From: Azolla caroliniana
Taxonomy: Eukaryota > Plantae > Polypodiophyta
Reading direction: 5' to 3'
Assembly (NCBI GenBank): GCA_043228905.1
Contig: JBHGNT010000012.1
Coordinates: forward strand, 496,001 to 560,000
DNA length: 64,000 nucleotides
Position 1 is the stretch's first letter, and every line of letters starts with the position of its first letter. The notes below the pieces were generated by a model, which was given only the letters and a program-made list of their open reading frames with translations, searched no databases and was not told the DNA's origin. Positions 1 through 12,754 of the stretch are shown in pieces. A program made the position numbers and the translations under genes.

Positions 1-2845
1 CGGAGGTATACTTATTGGTGCAACACCAGGTACAATATCTATACGATGGTCTATATTACGTTTAGGAGGTAACCCATCAGGTAGTTCACTTGGAAAAACA
101 TCATGAAAATCATTTAAGATTTCATCAAGTTGTTGTTCAAAATATGTTAATTGAATCGGGACATTATCGATATTGTAAACGTGAATGTCCGGATCAAGTA
201 CACAATAAAATAACGTAGAACAAGACAACTCGGATATTGATGGACACGAGGAAACAATCGAGAGGGATTGTTTTTTTACACATTGAATAAAGTGCGTACA
301 ATCGTTCAGTACAAAAGAAATGGAATGACGAACCCAATCAATAAATAAAGAAGAGTTTTTATTATAAAACCAGGGATAACCCAGTATTACATCGGTGGTA
401 CAAAGATTCATTACATGGAAGTCTACTTCCTCTATATAAGTATCAATAGAAATTCCTAATGAATGAATCGCCCCGTTGATGTATTGTACTCTTCCATCAG
501 CCAAGTGCACCATGTAGGTGTGATCACTTACGGTGGGTTGGATTCCCCATATCTGAACCAAACGATCATTCACAAAATTGTGTGAGCTTCCCGAATCAAA
601 TAAAAATTGTACGGGAGATCCATTGATATACCCGTTTGCACATAGTAAATCATTGGGACCCAATACATAGTGAGGGAAAGAACATTGACAATTACTTAAA
701 TGATGTGTATAGACGTGAAGGACATTAGGAATCTGACCTTTATGGTCTGCAACTTTAGCTTTGTTGTCGTGCTCTTTCCGTTGGAGCTTTCGACATTGAT
801 CTTTTGTATGACCCTTCTTTTTGCAGAATACACAAAAAGGATGTTGTCGCTTACAATCGCGATCCAGGAATTCGTTGGGTGTCTTGCGTTTCCCAACAAA
901 TTGCGACTGCTTAGTCCCGGGCGCTTCGTTGGGTTTGTTATGGTCCTTCTTCGAAGTGCGTTGATAGTGAAGAACTATTTCAACAGCCTCTTCGAAGGAT
1001 TTTGGATCCTTATCGTGCACTATCCAGTGATAGTCCGAATTGGGGATGCCATTGACAAAACAAGCTATCATTCAATTGTCCCCTTCTAGACCCGATTTTT
1101 GGATTTGGGTTCTAGCATGGTGAACATAGTCTTCTAGCAAGGAAAATTTCCTGCTAGAGAGGTTCATTAAAGCTTGTGCTGCCTCGGTTCGAGAGGGAGG
1201 TTGCAGAAATTGGCCCTTAAAAACCGTGACAAAATCTGTCCAGGTATCGGGCAATTTCCCCATAGTATGGAGGCCACGCCACCAGGCGGCGGCCTTACCC
1301 CCGAGTTCTCGGCCGACATATGCAATCTTCGTACTATCTGGCGTGGGATAGAGCTCAAAATGAGACTCCCATCGTCCCAGCCATGTGTGCAGATTGCTTC
1401 TTCGGTTCTTTCCTTTTTGTCTCCGGTAAATGGCTTAACGACAAATGATGGTTCACCTTGTCGCTCATCAGGTCTATTAGTCTCACGTTGTAGACTAATG
1501 ACACATGCCTCAAGAGCACTCTGAGATTGCCGAAGTTCGGTCATCTGTTGAGCGGTGAAACTAAGGTATTGGGTTATTTGTGCCAAATACATCTCAGTGG
1601 ACATTTGTCCAGGAGGATTCCCTTGACTTCCTTCCGCTTGAACGGATGACATCGGGTCGTTAATTTGAGCCATTAAAGATTATTTCTGGAAAAGAAATAG
1701 GATAAGGTCAGAGATATAGTCATAACATCATGTCGTGATGTAAACATATCATGGGCGAGCATTTATCGATATCATTATCTCACATCAATACCCCTCTAGA
1801 CGTATGAGATGAGGTTCAAGATCAAGTTACTATGGTAACACAAAGGTGTTTTAAAAACCATGGGGGTGACAAATAAATGTCTTTCCCTGATCTCTATATC
1901 GATTTTTTCATGGTGGCTCCCCGAGGCTCAACCATGTATGTTCGCGTCATGAATTGTTTATACACGAAAAAAATGTTAATAATAAACTATGTTTCGGTGC
2001 CCACATATGTGGTTTCGGCTCTTTAAGTTCTATTACGAGGACCCTGAGGTGCACTTAGACCTTAAGTCTAAACATGTGTTATAGTCATATGTATCAAGGA
2101 TGTTGTATGGTCTTGGTCATATTTGAACTCGAGACCTCGAGAACAAATACATTAAACACTTGAGCCAACCAAGTAAGTTGCTCTTCTCGAATGCTTAATG
2201 TTTGATGCGTATAAGAGATATGCGAGATCATATATGTTTTTTTTCAAAGAACATATATGTCAAGGGTCCTTATTTCGCCCTCATTTACCAAAACTATGTT
2301 GGTACATTACCTATCCTCAAGTCTCGTAATTACGATGGCATACGCCAAAGTGCAACCTAATGGTGAAGCCAAATGAGCCCTTGTTTCATAGTAGGCTCAC
2401 GTGGGCCATCACATGGTCACGTCATTACGAATGCCTCTCGTAAGAACGAGCTCATGGTGGCATCGTATCCATGTAACGAGGGAGGGATGTTGGATACGTG
2501 CGTCATTGGAGCGACCTCACTTGAAGTGGGTCAAGCCCTACGTACTCAACATCATTATGGCTATTGGCGTTTCTTTATGTAACGAAATCGAGGTCATCAA
2601 CGGGGTTATCAACAATAAAAAATTGTTGAAAAAGGGATGGTGACAACGCCATTCCCACAAAAATGTGAGGACGGCCACCAACATCCTTTTCCCGACCATG
2701 ACAACTTTCGACATAATCACGTAATAACGAATATACATATATGTTTACTTTTCACATATATACGATCAAATACGTATATATGTGACCACATATGCCTATA
2801 TTAAACATATCGTTATATTAAATAGCCAGAAATGATGTGATCGAG

Positions 2846-3094
2846 ATACGTAATCGAGGTATATACCTCTACGCACACGAAACATCCACAAATAAGAGAT
2901 CATCGTAATACGCAATTGAGGTATTGACCTCTTATGCATACGAGACCAACCGCATATCGTTTACTACAAATCAACAACTCATACGCAAACGTAACATATG
3001 TTCGTGAACGTAATACGTAATTGAGGTATTAACCTCGTACGCATACGACACTCATCACATATTATTAATATGTCAAACGAGGTATTGACCTCGT
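2846..3094. repeat. Four degenerate ~35-bp hairpin-core repeats in the gypsy leader
   Basis: ATACGYAATYGAGGT-N4-ACCTC at 2846, 2908 and 3013, with a partial copy at 3077. Confidence 0.8.
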
Positions 3095-3350
3095 GCACAT
3101 ATGTAAACGTTTTAGATAATCAATTAAAGACCACTACAACATCATTGACTTAATGAAAAAAAAATGACATATAAACTAAACACATGATTAGATGGGAGAA
3201 GAGAGAATAGAAAAAAAATTATGGAAAGAGTTACCGAAGTTCTTTGTTGATCGTTGTCTGGATCAAGGCCGACCGCACATCGATCGATCAGCATCAATCA
3301 AAAGACAAATGAAAAACAAAGAAATATTAGTACATAAATCTGATACCAAA

Positions 3351-3805
3351 TATTATAGATCTAGGTACTAAAGTAAGCTTAAGATAAGGATAAAGAAATG
3401 AAAGATAGAAAGGAGAAAGAGAAAGAAGGGTGCCGATCCACCCGACCACCCCCGAGCGAAGGGATCGAGACGGACTCGAGCCTCGATCGGCGTCCCATAC
3501 CACCGCCGTGGCGTCGAGTCGTACCTGGTGCTGGCGCGCTCGCTACAAGAGTTGACCCACCACACGAGCAGAGTCTCGATGTAGTCGAAAGATCCTCAAA
3601 TGAGGGTAGCTAGGCCTCTTATTTATAGCGATACCCAAGGCCCCCAGGCAAGTTCACACTTGACCTAATGGGTTGTCTCAATCTCGAGGATTAAAAGTAA
3701 TCCTCCCCTTCTTTACACTCTCGTTTAACCCTCACACTTATCCACGTGTATAGAATACTACGGTAAATTCTTACCACGGGATATTATATGGTCATGCCCG
3801 TAACA
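3351..3805 (-). repeat. 5' LTR of the gypsy element
   Basis: Starts TG, ends in a decayed terminus next to the PBS; TATA box GCTATAAATA on minus at ~3620-3629. Confidence 0.75.
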
Positions 3806-4079
3806 GATTCCTTCCACTTTGTATCCTAGTGTGAACACGTCCTCTAGTTAGGGCTTGAGTATTTAAGCTCAACCCTAACATTGTAACAATAATCTTCTTG
3901 TCTCTTGAGTCTTGGTGTGTAAGAGTTACAGAGAGAGAAAGAAATAATGGAGCTTCCATTAGAACTTAAAACTGGGTCTATGCTTCTGTTTCTTCTTCTG
4001 TCATATTTTCTGTGTTGTTTGTTGAGCATAATACGACATGTCCTCATACACACTTCCACATATATGTTCGCATACTTGT

Positions 4080-4612
4080 CCATAGAGTCGCAAAGCTCCT
4101 TGATCTTCAAGGTGTAGCTGCTAATTGACATGTCCCTCCGTTGTATGTTGTTCAACTCTTGGCGAAGTTGAAGCTTTCGTGCAGTTGTGTTGGCTGCGAA
4201 TATCTTTTTGAGGTTTCCCCACGCCACTTTTTTGCGTTTTGTCCTCTCGGATATAGCCGAGCATGTGATCATGAATGCATGATGCAAGGCAATACAACAC
4301 GCGACTCAGCGCTTTCGGCATGTGTCGGGTTGGGTTGATTTTCTTGTGCTCCCTCGATATAACCGCAATAGCCTTGGTGGATAAGGTATTGGTGCATCTT
4401 CCCAATATGCGAAATTGTTTCTGTCCAATTTCTCAATGGGAAGAGCGCTTCTCATCTGAGTATTCATGTTGATCGATTTGTATGGAGTGAGAGTGTTTTC
4501 TTCTTCTTCTTTTGGTACGAGTTGTGGAGGTTGTTGCTGCAACAATCAGTCGGTTCTTCGTGAACATGGGCTTGGATACAACACACATAGATGAACTTGG
4601 ATCAAGCTACCA
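4080..4612 (-). mobile_element. Ty1/copia gag fragment (degenerate) with PBS-like site
   Basis: MNTQMRSALPIEKLDRNNFAYW and ARKLQLRQELNNIQRRDMSISSYTLKIKELCDS (copia gag/UBN2-type) in shifting frames; TGGTAGCTTGATCC at 4599-4612 next to a CA LTR end. Confidence 0.75.
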
Positions 4613-4889
4613 AGTGCTCTAGAACACATAGTTATACAGAAAACTATATTAACAAGAGAATAAGACAACCAACAATTACAAAAAGGAGGAGAAGGTGATT
4701 ATGTAGTCACCTTCTCTCTATGTTGTCTCACGACAACCGCCTCTTGCAAAAGAGGTGGAGACTTAACTACCTACTAAATATGTGTCATAGGACTTAACTT
4801 CTATGACACATTAGTTATGATACAAAGGAGGTGGGATGTTCACACACTTGGGTACTCCTAAGGTGTGTTCCCACACTAGGGAAGTTGAG

Positions 4890-5275
4890 TTTGATTCTCA
4901 ACAGGTTCAAATGATTTTAGAGTGGTCAAGATCATGTTTTGTATGTTATGTGCGACATATTTTGGGAATTGCAAATTTCTACCACAAGCTCACGAATTAT
5001 TGTGTTGCCTCTCACACATATTACATTGAAAAGTCAATCATTTACATGGACTTTAGGTGCAACCCAAACTTTCAAAACTTAAAGTAAGCATTCATATCAA
5101 CCCACATTTTGGTTTACGTTGATTCAACCAAGCCTTTCAGTGTCGAAGCTAACACCTTCGATTTTGACCTTGGGAATATCTTGTCACAAACTGAAGATGG
5201 TGAACATCTTTATCCAATCACATTTCATTTGTGAAATTTGAAGCTAGAGAAATCAATTGCAATATTCATGACAAA
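4890..5275 (+). mobile_element. Degenerate Ty3/gypsy RT-RNase H fragment
   Basis: RHILGIANFYHK, then KPFSVEANTFDFDLGNILSQ...HLYPITF, resembling the gypsy RNase H F.VE.DAS..ALG.VL.Q motif; contains stops. Confidence 0.6.
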
Positions 5276-5279
5276 GATA

Positions 5280-5460
5280 AACAAGATAAACAACATCTTG
5301 CAGTATTATTGCTTGACTTTGAGAAGGCATATGACAAAGTGGATTAGAACTTTCTTGAGGCAGTGTAGTCAAGAATAGGTTTTCCCGCCATGGATAAAAC
5401 GTGTTTCCACCCTTTACAGGCATGCTTCTAGTTCAATTTTGTTCGTAGGGGATGTAGGTT
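5280..5460 (+). mobile_element. LINE reverse transcriptase fragment
   Basis: LAVLLLDFEKAYDKVD* (non-LTR RT motif LDFEKAYD) at ~5298-5347. Confidence 0.75.
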
Positions 5461-6100
5461 ATGTCACATAGAGATAGAGGATGAGTACCACTTTACATGC
5501 AAGTGTCCAACCTATGCCGAGATAAGGGCAAAATACCAAGACATACTTGGTCCGTCTCCCACCCTCCCCAAACTATTAGATACTCTAGATATAAAGAAAT
5601 TAGGCAAATACATTCTCGAGCTAAAACAACACAGAGAGAATAAGTTACAAAATGTTGACAATAATGTTGCTAATGATCACAAACATGTAACAAATGAAGT
5701 TTTTCAGGAACCTGAGGAGACAACAAATGCCGACACACTTGCACCACTCGGCCTTTCCATTGATGAGGCAGAAAACCAGAGAAGAACCAGACGTCCTCGG
5801 GTGTCGGGTTTCAAAGCAACTCGACGTGATGTGGAAGCAATATTGAAAATAAGGGAACGTGAGCTACACCGCCTAGAAACCATGGCTAGGGCACTCTCTA
5901 CATTGGAACCCACATCAAGACCCTCTGACCCCCCACTTCTTTTCGAGAGGCTTGGGTGGAAATAAAATTAGGCTTAGTGTATAGTCACTTTCGAGTATAC
6001 TACATATTGTACACTACTAGAACTCTTTTAGTTTAAGTTCTATTTTTTACTTAATTTTATTTTAGTTATGATGACTGGATAAAAACTCTTTTGTTGTAAA
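5461..6100 (+). mobile_element. LINE ORF2 3' end (Cys/His-rich C-terminus and 3' UTR)
   Basis: Open frame CHIEIEDEYHFTCKCPTYAEIRAKY... running to a stop near 5965; the EDEYHFxxxCP pattern is typical of non-LTR ORF2 C-termini. Confidence 0.55.
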
Positions 6101-6494
6101 CCAATTGTCTCATGGGCCAAATTTGGCCTTAGAAGACGTTAATATATCTTTCTTTCTTTCTTTCTCTCTTTGACATCTTTCTCTCCCCCTTAACGTTGAA
6201 CCCCCTTGGGAGGGGGGTGGAGCCATTCTAGGCACCACCCCCCACCCCTCAATGCTTGTCTTGTTCTTCATGTTCTCTCTCACCGTCATACCATTCACCA
6301 TCTCCACCATTCCACAATGCTTATCTCCATCATCACAACGATGGGCAATGCTTCTTGATGCATGTCATGATCTCTCACCATCATCATCACACATACATTA
6401 TCAATCTACCATGATTGTTAACCCTGTTCCTATCTTTATCATTATCATCATTAACCCTAACCCTAAAACCTACAACATCTTTCGATGGCTATGA

Positions 6495-7170
6495 GTGCAT
6501 ATGGCACTACCATTCAGTCATTCATTGAAAGGGACTGTAGCACCCAATTTGCGACAATGTGGATTTTGCCATGAGGCTCAAGAGACTAGCAAGCATGTCC
6601 TATGGTCTTGTCCCTTTGCTCAACAAGTATGGAATAAAGTCATGTCTTTATTCCTAACAATCAATGTCGGTTGCCTATTCTCATGGGGATCGGCGACGTG
6701 GGGAGTGCTACATTCTAGCTTGATGTTGTATGAGGTAAACGATGATCACGAGGCAATGATAGTACATAGTAGAAGATTGATATTAGTTAGTCCCTTAGTT
6801 AGTCCCTTTCAGCGACCTCAAAACCAGGTGCGATCTATCCAGATTTGGTAAATAGTGACCACAGTAACGTTATGGGCATTATGGAAATGTCCATGTAACC
6901 GACTTTACGATGCAACAAACATTTATCTCTCTGACATGTTGCTTGAGATATGGGAGAACTTGCTGGTAGTTGTCCGTGGCCAGTATGATAATATGCATGG
7001 TTCCCCAAACACTGTGAACAAGAGAAGGAAAAAGCTTCTTCACTTATGGAAAAAGTTGCCCCTGTTTACAATGTCAACTCAAGGGCCTCACTGGCACTAT
7101 CGACTTCCATTGAATCTTTCTTAAATATTCAACAAATTTCAACACCTTCTACAAAGTTATTTTACATCAT
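6495..7170 (+). mobile_element. LINE (L1-type) 3' fragment, zf-RVT region
   Basis: CGFCHEAQETSKHVLWSCPFAQQVW and TLWALWKCPCNRLY; internal stop at 6849-6851. Confidence 0.8.
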
Positions 7171-7704
7171 TGTATGTTGAGAGATCGAGCTCAACTTAGT
7201 TTAGCTAGTTAGTCAACCACGTAACTTAGTAGTTACCTAGATAGAATCTAGTTAGGAGTGTTGACTACAACGCCTTAAATAGGACCTTGTACTTAAGTGG
7301 GATATTCTAGATCCTCCACTCCTAAGTACATTTAATATAGGATTTACACTTTTGTACCTATATTATCCTCACAAATGGTACACCCTTGCACATGAGATCT
7401 ATATATACCTCATTGTAGGTATTTTTGTATTTGATGATGATCATGCTAATTTAATATAGAATTAATCATCCCCCATCTTATGTTGTTTATAATTGTATAT
7501 TCCTCTCTCTCTTCCCCTCACACACATATCACATAATCTTCCGCGCTTAACTTAATAACATAATTAGGTATTGATTAACCCGTAGTTAATCACCTAATTC
7601 TTAACATGGTATCAGAGTGTGTGGTTTATAAAATCCACTAAGCCCACCCGACTCCATGATTGTGTGTTTGAGATGCCGACGACAAAATCCAGCTATCAGC
7701 TACC

Positions 7705-8120
7705 AAGGAACGCGAGTAGTCGTCCATGAAAGTGACGTAGAATTGGCATCCCCCGATCGTCAGCGTTTGAGTCGGTCCCCATACATCCGAGTGTATGATG
7801 TCAAGGAGGCATTTGCTTGCGTAGCTCTCCTTCGGAAATGGGAGTCGATGTTGTTTGCCGAGTTGGCATGCTTCGCATACTCGGTCAACTCGTTTCGACT
7901 CGAATGTTAGAAGTTCAATGATGACTCGCTTTGATTGCATTGCTCGAAGCCATTTGAGGTTTATGTGGCCGATTCTTTTGTGCCACAACTCGATGCTTGT
8001 CTCGGTTTTGAAACTTTTAGCGTACATTGTCGATTTCACCTCGTTCAAATCGAGGAAGAACATTCGACCATCTCTTTGCCCCTTAGCTATGACTTGGCCA
8101 TCTTTCTCGATGAATTGATG
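7705..8120 (-). pseudogene. Copia GAG-pre-integrase / integrase N-terminal segment, inverted relative to its element
   Basis: ELWHKRIGHINL...CEACQLGKQHRLPF...LDIIHSDVWGP...FYVTFMDDYSR on the minus strand. Confidence 0.85.
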
Positions 8121-8830
8121 CAACACTAATGGAGTGCATGAGCTAACTCCATACGAGCTCCTTGTCGGAAGGATGTCGATCCTGTCGCACCTCAAGGTGT
8201 TCGGAAACATTGCGAATGTACGCATCCCGAACGAACGCCAACAGAAGCCCGACGCGAAGTCGGAGAAATGTATCCTCATAGGATACTCCTCCGAGAAGAA
8301 GGCATACAAGTGCACTATAACCCTTCGACCCAAGCAGTTCGGGTGAGTCGAGACATAGTCTTCGACGAATCGACATCTTGGTATAAGCCTGATTCGGCTC
8401 CACCCGACACGATCAAGGAAGAGTTGAACGTCAACTCAAAGGATGATATTCGACCAAGCTAAGTGGACTGCACGAGCCTTCAAGCCTTCCAAGCACATCA
8501 CGGCCAAGTACGACCTTGGACAAAGGCAAAGGTAAGATGCCCGAATACGAAGTTGACCACCCCGACGACAATGATTCGGATGTGTTGGATCCCTCACTAG
8601 ACAGTGAGTTTGGTGTACCCATCATGCAGACACTTGGAGTAAAGAAGGCACTCACATCGACGAGCGAAAAACTTCGACGATCTTCTAAAGAGAAGAATCT
8701 TGTAGCTTGGCTCCGCTACAACGAGTACATGGCCCATCATTATGCCTTCACGATGAAGGTAGTGGCTAAACAACAACTCGAGAGCTCTACAGAAGTGGCT
8801 CGTGACCCACGATGGGTGAAAGCAGTCGAG
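8121..8830 (+). pseudogene. Copia integrase C-terminal region to start of RT (frameshifted)
   Basis: TPYELL...HLKVFG...DAKSEKCILIGYS...VSRDIVFDE; EVARDPRWVKA. Confidence 0.85.
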
Positions 8831-9312
8831 CCAAGCCTTTGTCATAGGCTTGAGGGGGAGGAACCGAAACTACCACGACAATACCGACGCCGAAAGGCGC
8901 ACAGAAGCCGACATCGAAAGCCCCAGACAACGCCAAAAGTAGAACTGGATGTCATACGCCTCACACTTGAGCTTGAGGGGCCGTGTTGAGAGATCAAGCT
9001 CAACTTAGTTTAGTTAGTTAGTCAACCACGTAACTTAGTAGTTACCTAGATAGAATCTAGTTATGAGTGTTGACTATAACGCCTTAAATAGGACCTTGTA
9101 CTTAAGTGGGATATTCTAGATCCTCCACTCTTAAGTACATTTAATATAGGACTTACACTTTTGTACCTATATTATCCTCACACATGTGCACCCTTGCACA
9201 TGAGATCTATATATATCTCATTGTAGGTATTTTTGTATTTGATAATGATAATGCTAATTTAATATAGAGTTAATCATCCCCCATCTTGTGTTGTTCATAA
9301 GTGTATCTTCCT

Positions 9313-9890
9313 TTTCTTTTTTTTTTTCTTTTTTTTTGAAGAAACAATTACCAATATATTAAAAACAAAACTTTCACCAATTTCCTTGAAAATATAGTTA
9401 TGGAAAACGCATTCACGCAGTTTCACAAATACTTGCACCACATTTTCTCTACTCTTAGAATGAGACTCATAACAAAAAACAGATCAAATACCTAGACTAT
9501 GTGTTGGTTGCACGAGTGTAGATTTGCTAATTCGCATGAGCAGCTACCAACCGAATAGTTCCCTTGGACATCAAGTCCCTGATTGCCTTCCTTGCCAATG
9601 ATCCATTGATCCTCAAGCGATCAGACAGAATTGACGGTGTGATTAGCTTGTACTTGGGAACTTCAGACAGAAGCTTGTCAATAGTAGCTTGGTCAAATAA
9701 AACCATGTTGTTCACCTTCTCCTTTCGCTTTCCCTTGCTCCATTTCTTCTTCTTCTGCTTTCCTCCACCACCGCTTTTAGCAGGCTTGGAAGGCATTGCG
9801 ACCTTCTGATCTTTCTTGGGAGCCATGGAAGCTTTGGAGACGTCTCCGACAAGAGGCAGCAAGCAGCTCCTTTCCTGCGTCGAAGAAACG
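9313..9890 (-). pseudogene. RPS25: Processed pseudogene of 40S ribosomal protein S25 (eS25)
   Basis: Intronless CDS 9826-9497 (MAPKKDQK...[11 protein letters not shown]...[25 protein letters not shown]...QIYTRATNT*) with a premature TAG at 9527-9529; 3' UTR; poly(A) seen as poly-T at ~9312-9337; 16-bp TSD ATAAGTGTATCTTCCT at 9297-9312 and 9891-9906. Confidence 0.97.
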
Positions 9891-10429
9891 ATAAGTGTAT
9901 CTTCCTCTCTCTCTTCCTCTCACACACATACACACACATATAACATAATCTTCCGCGCTTAACTTAAGCACATAATAGGTACTAATTAACCCATAGTTAA
10001 TCACCTAATTCTTAACATTGTATATAAAAAGTTGTAACCTCCTGGGCAGCTTGGTTCAAGTTGTAGCCTTCGGGTGTTGTTTTCTTAATACTATTGAAGA
10101 AAATCTTTATAAAAAAAATAATTTATTGGTGGGATTAGGGTTGATAATTTTATTGAGGACTATGTTCACATTTGTGGTATGTTGTGGATCTAATATGCCT
10201 AGTCGTTGTTAAAATGAGTTGTTACAAGTTTAGTATGTAAAATTCGTGTTCATGTAGCATAACATTCGGTTTCCTACGTTAGAAAACGAATGCGAATGTT
10301 ATTCAAACATTCTTGTGTTTTTTTTATTTTTTCCATTTTTTAGGCTTATTTACCTCATAATAAATAGTTAATCCAAAAGTATGGTATTTATCATTCTTTG
10401 AAGGTGTTTTTCTTGCACGTACACGTATG

Positions 10430-10620
10430 GTTCACACCATGGTTGCAACCATTACCAAAATTTGATGGTCGATGAAAATCCAATTCATTAGTTTTCATTA
10501 TACATCTCCCATCTCTAAAGTTCCAATGCCAACATCGTTGTGGTGGATTGACTCACTAAAATGGACCGTTTTCTTCCATGCATCACATCTATAAATGCTA
10601 AACATACACTTGGCATAGTT
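10430..10620 (+). mobile_element. Degenerate gypsy integrase fragment
   Basis: IVVVD*LTKMDRFLPC resembles the gypsy IN motif VVVDRLTKMAHFLP. Confidence 0.5.
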
Positions 10621-12754
10621 ATAAATATCATGTCAAGAGACATACGATGGTAAATAAGGTAGATCAAAAACATCACACATCACTATCATGGAAAGTATCC
10701 AAATGTCACCATACTTAAAGCCAAAGACCAATATGTAAGAACACGCCAAGTCTGAACAAAGACAATGATCCGAAAGAAACACTAATTCCAATCACAAGCA
10801 AATCCAAACCATCAGCACAAACACAAACACAACCAAATCCAAGCATCAACACAAAATTAGATTAGAAATCAGTCAAATATAAAGTTGTTGTTAAAGGCAC
10901 AAATGCAAGGCTAGTGTTAGAGATGCGTCACTCCGTTCTACAGTTTCAGTTTGCTTCTCCGTTTGACAAGTTGGATTGTGATGATCAAGTCGTCCACAAT
11001 TACAACATTGCACCCATCATTTCCCTACAAATATCAATATTTTCAAATGTAGATGGGATCGCAGTGGGTGCAAGATTTGACAACTTCTTGATCTTGTTTT
11101 TCAGATCCTTTTGGTGGACCCTTGCTTCGAATGGGAGATGGATGGAGCGCAACCGATTGAGATGATGATTGTTGGTTAAACTGCGTAAGATTAAGGAGGC
11201 TAAGGCGATAGGCGAGACAGAAAGCAAGGAAGGAGGAGTATGCAGGTTTGGAGAGCTAGAAGAGAAAGGAGTTACAACAATGGAGGATTGAGAGACAGAG
11301 ACAGAGAAGAAAGGATTTGATCAAATTGTCTATTATGTACATAATTTATTCATTATGAGAGAACAAATAAATTAAACTATTTTTTTTTGTCTTCTTTTTG
11401 TGGGATAAATTTCTATCTTTGGGGGTAAATTTCTCGATATAAAAACTACCCTCGATCAAAATGCGTAAGACAAATATAAAGGGAACACTTTTTTTGTAAC
11501 CCTAGTTAGATAGTAATAGTAACTAATAAAGAAAAGGAAGAAGGAAGAAAAAACCCGAGGGATCAAATTGATCTTGTTGAATGTGCATACATATATTGAT
11601 TGTTAATTGTAATTACGTTTCATGATGCCTACCTACATTATGTGATTATGGAAGCCATCTATCTTAATTCAATTGTGTTGTGACTAATAATAAATAAGTT
11701 TGATGTAGTTAGGTCACATGATAGCATGATTCTCTTTTAGTTGCTTGTTAAACAAGTTTCTTTCCGACGAAACCCATCGACAAGCATTTTAATCGCGTGC
11801 TTGACCAACAAATTCTAAATATATTGTCCCCATAAAGGAAGGAAGGGGTCATTTTTGCTAAACCCCCCCCCCCCCCCCCCTCCTCCATACAAGCAGCGGG
11901 CTTTAGATATTTTCGAGCTACACCCAAATCTTCACCATTCATTCAGATATTATTGTATTGGCGTGTGTTTATTTCTCTCTGCAAATGAGTGGTTGAGACA
12001 GATATACATACTCATTACGATCTTCTTTTTTTCCTTTATTTTGTCTAGTTCCGTAGAGATGTGTGAAGGGCATTCATTGGGGTGTGTGGTATGAAAAGTC
12101 ACGATAGATTATTATTTTTCTTTATTTATATCTATACATTATGTTGGTTTGGAAGTAAGAAGTGGTGGGACATGTAACAAAGAGAAGGGGAATGTAAACA
12201 TTAAGGGAGGATGTTGTGGTGACAAGTTAGTTCCGGCCATGAGCCCGGTGAAGAGAAACACCTAATGGGGCACATTTACATGGTGGTGGTGGGAGATCAC
12301 ATAACATAGAATGAAACACTGGAGCGAACGCCCAAACACACGAGACATGCAAGAGAGGGCATCAACAGGAAGGAGCCCGACAGAGGCTTATGTGTGCCCG
12401 AGGTCCGGGGAAGGAATCGGGCTCTATCGGGAAATTTACATTATTGAAATACATATAAAGGTTTAATTGGGCATGGCATCTGAAAGAGTGATATATACAT
12501 ACATACATATGTGTTGTTTGTGTGTGAATGAATGAAAGACAAAAAGAAAAGGCAAACGAGAGAGACCAAGAGACATGATTCCAAGCCAAGACAAAGACAA
12601 AAATAAAAAATAAAAAATAAATATTAATATATAAATGAATCAATAATCAATCAAATCAAATCAAAGACAACTCTAAAACTTAGTTAACACCATATTTTGT
12701 TTCTTATTCTGATTGTCGAATCACGGCCGTCCACCACAATAAGCAGCGGCTGCG

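Larger units (their letters stand above)
1..3805 (-). mobile_element. Ty3/gypsy LTR retrotransposon, 5' part (5' LTR, PBS, long leader, gag, protease, start of RT); runs off the left edge
   Basis: Minus strand: LTR starts TGTTACGGG at 3805 and ends near 3351; PBS TGGTATCAGA at ~3339-3348; gag ATG at 1673 (frameshifted ORFs 1167-1673, 1072-1263); CCHC knuckle CVFCKKKGHTKDQC at ~795-835; protease LFDSGSSHNFV at ~570-605; pre-RT motif DVFPSELPDGLPPKRNIDHRIDIVPG at ~20-105. Confidence 0.9.
7175..10017 (+). mobile_element. Non-autonomous Ty1/copia deletion derivative with both LTRs
   Basis: 5' LTR 7175-7606 and 3' LTR 8984-10017 (both TGTTGAGAGATC...CTTAACA); 5-bp TSD TTGTA at 7170-7174 and 10018-10022; PBS TGGTATCAGAG at 7607-7617; PPT-like GCTTGAGGGG at 8971-8980; internal region holds integrase remnants only. 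Confidence 0.95.

Noticed and set aside
2846-3094. CRISPR-like repeat/spacer appearance
   Set aside because: Eukaryotic retroelement leader; repeats are degenerate, linkers are unequal in length and partly similar to each other, and there are no cas genes
9527-9862. Functional RPS25 gene
   Set aside because: Intronless, poly(A) tail, TSD, premature stop and located inside an LTR, so it is a retrocopy
10914-11230. Short ORFs with a possible degenerate AT-hook (KGPPKGS/KNKIKK across a frameshift)
   Set aside because: Too decayed to assign; probably TE-derived
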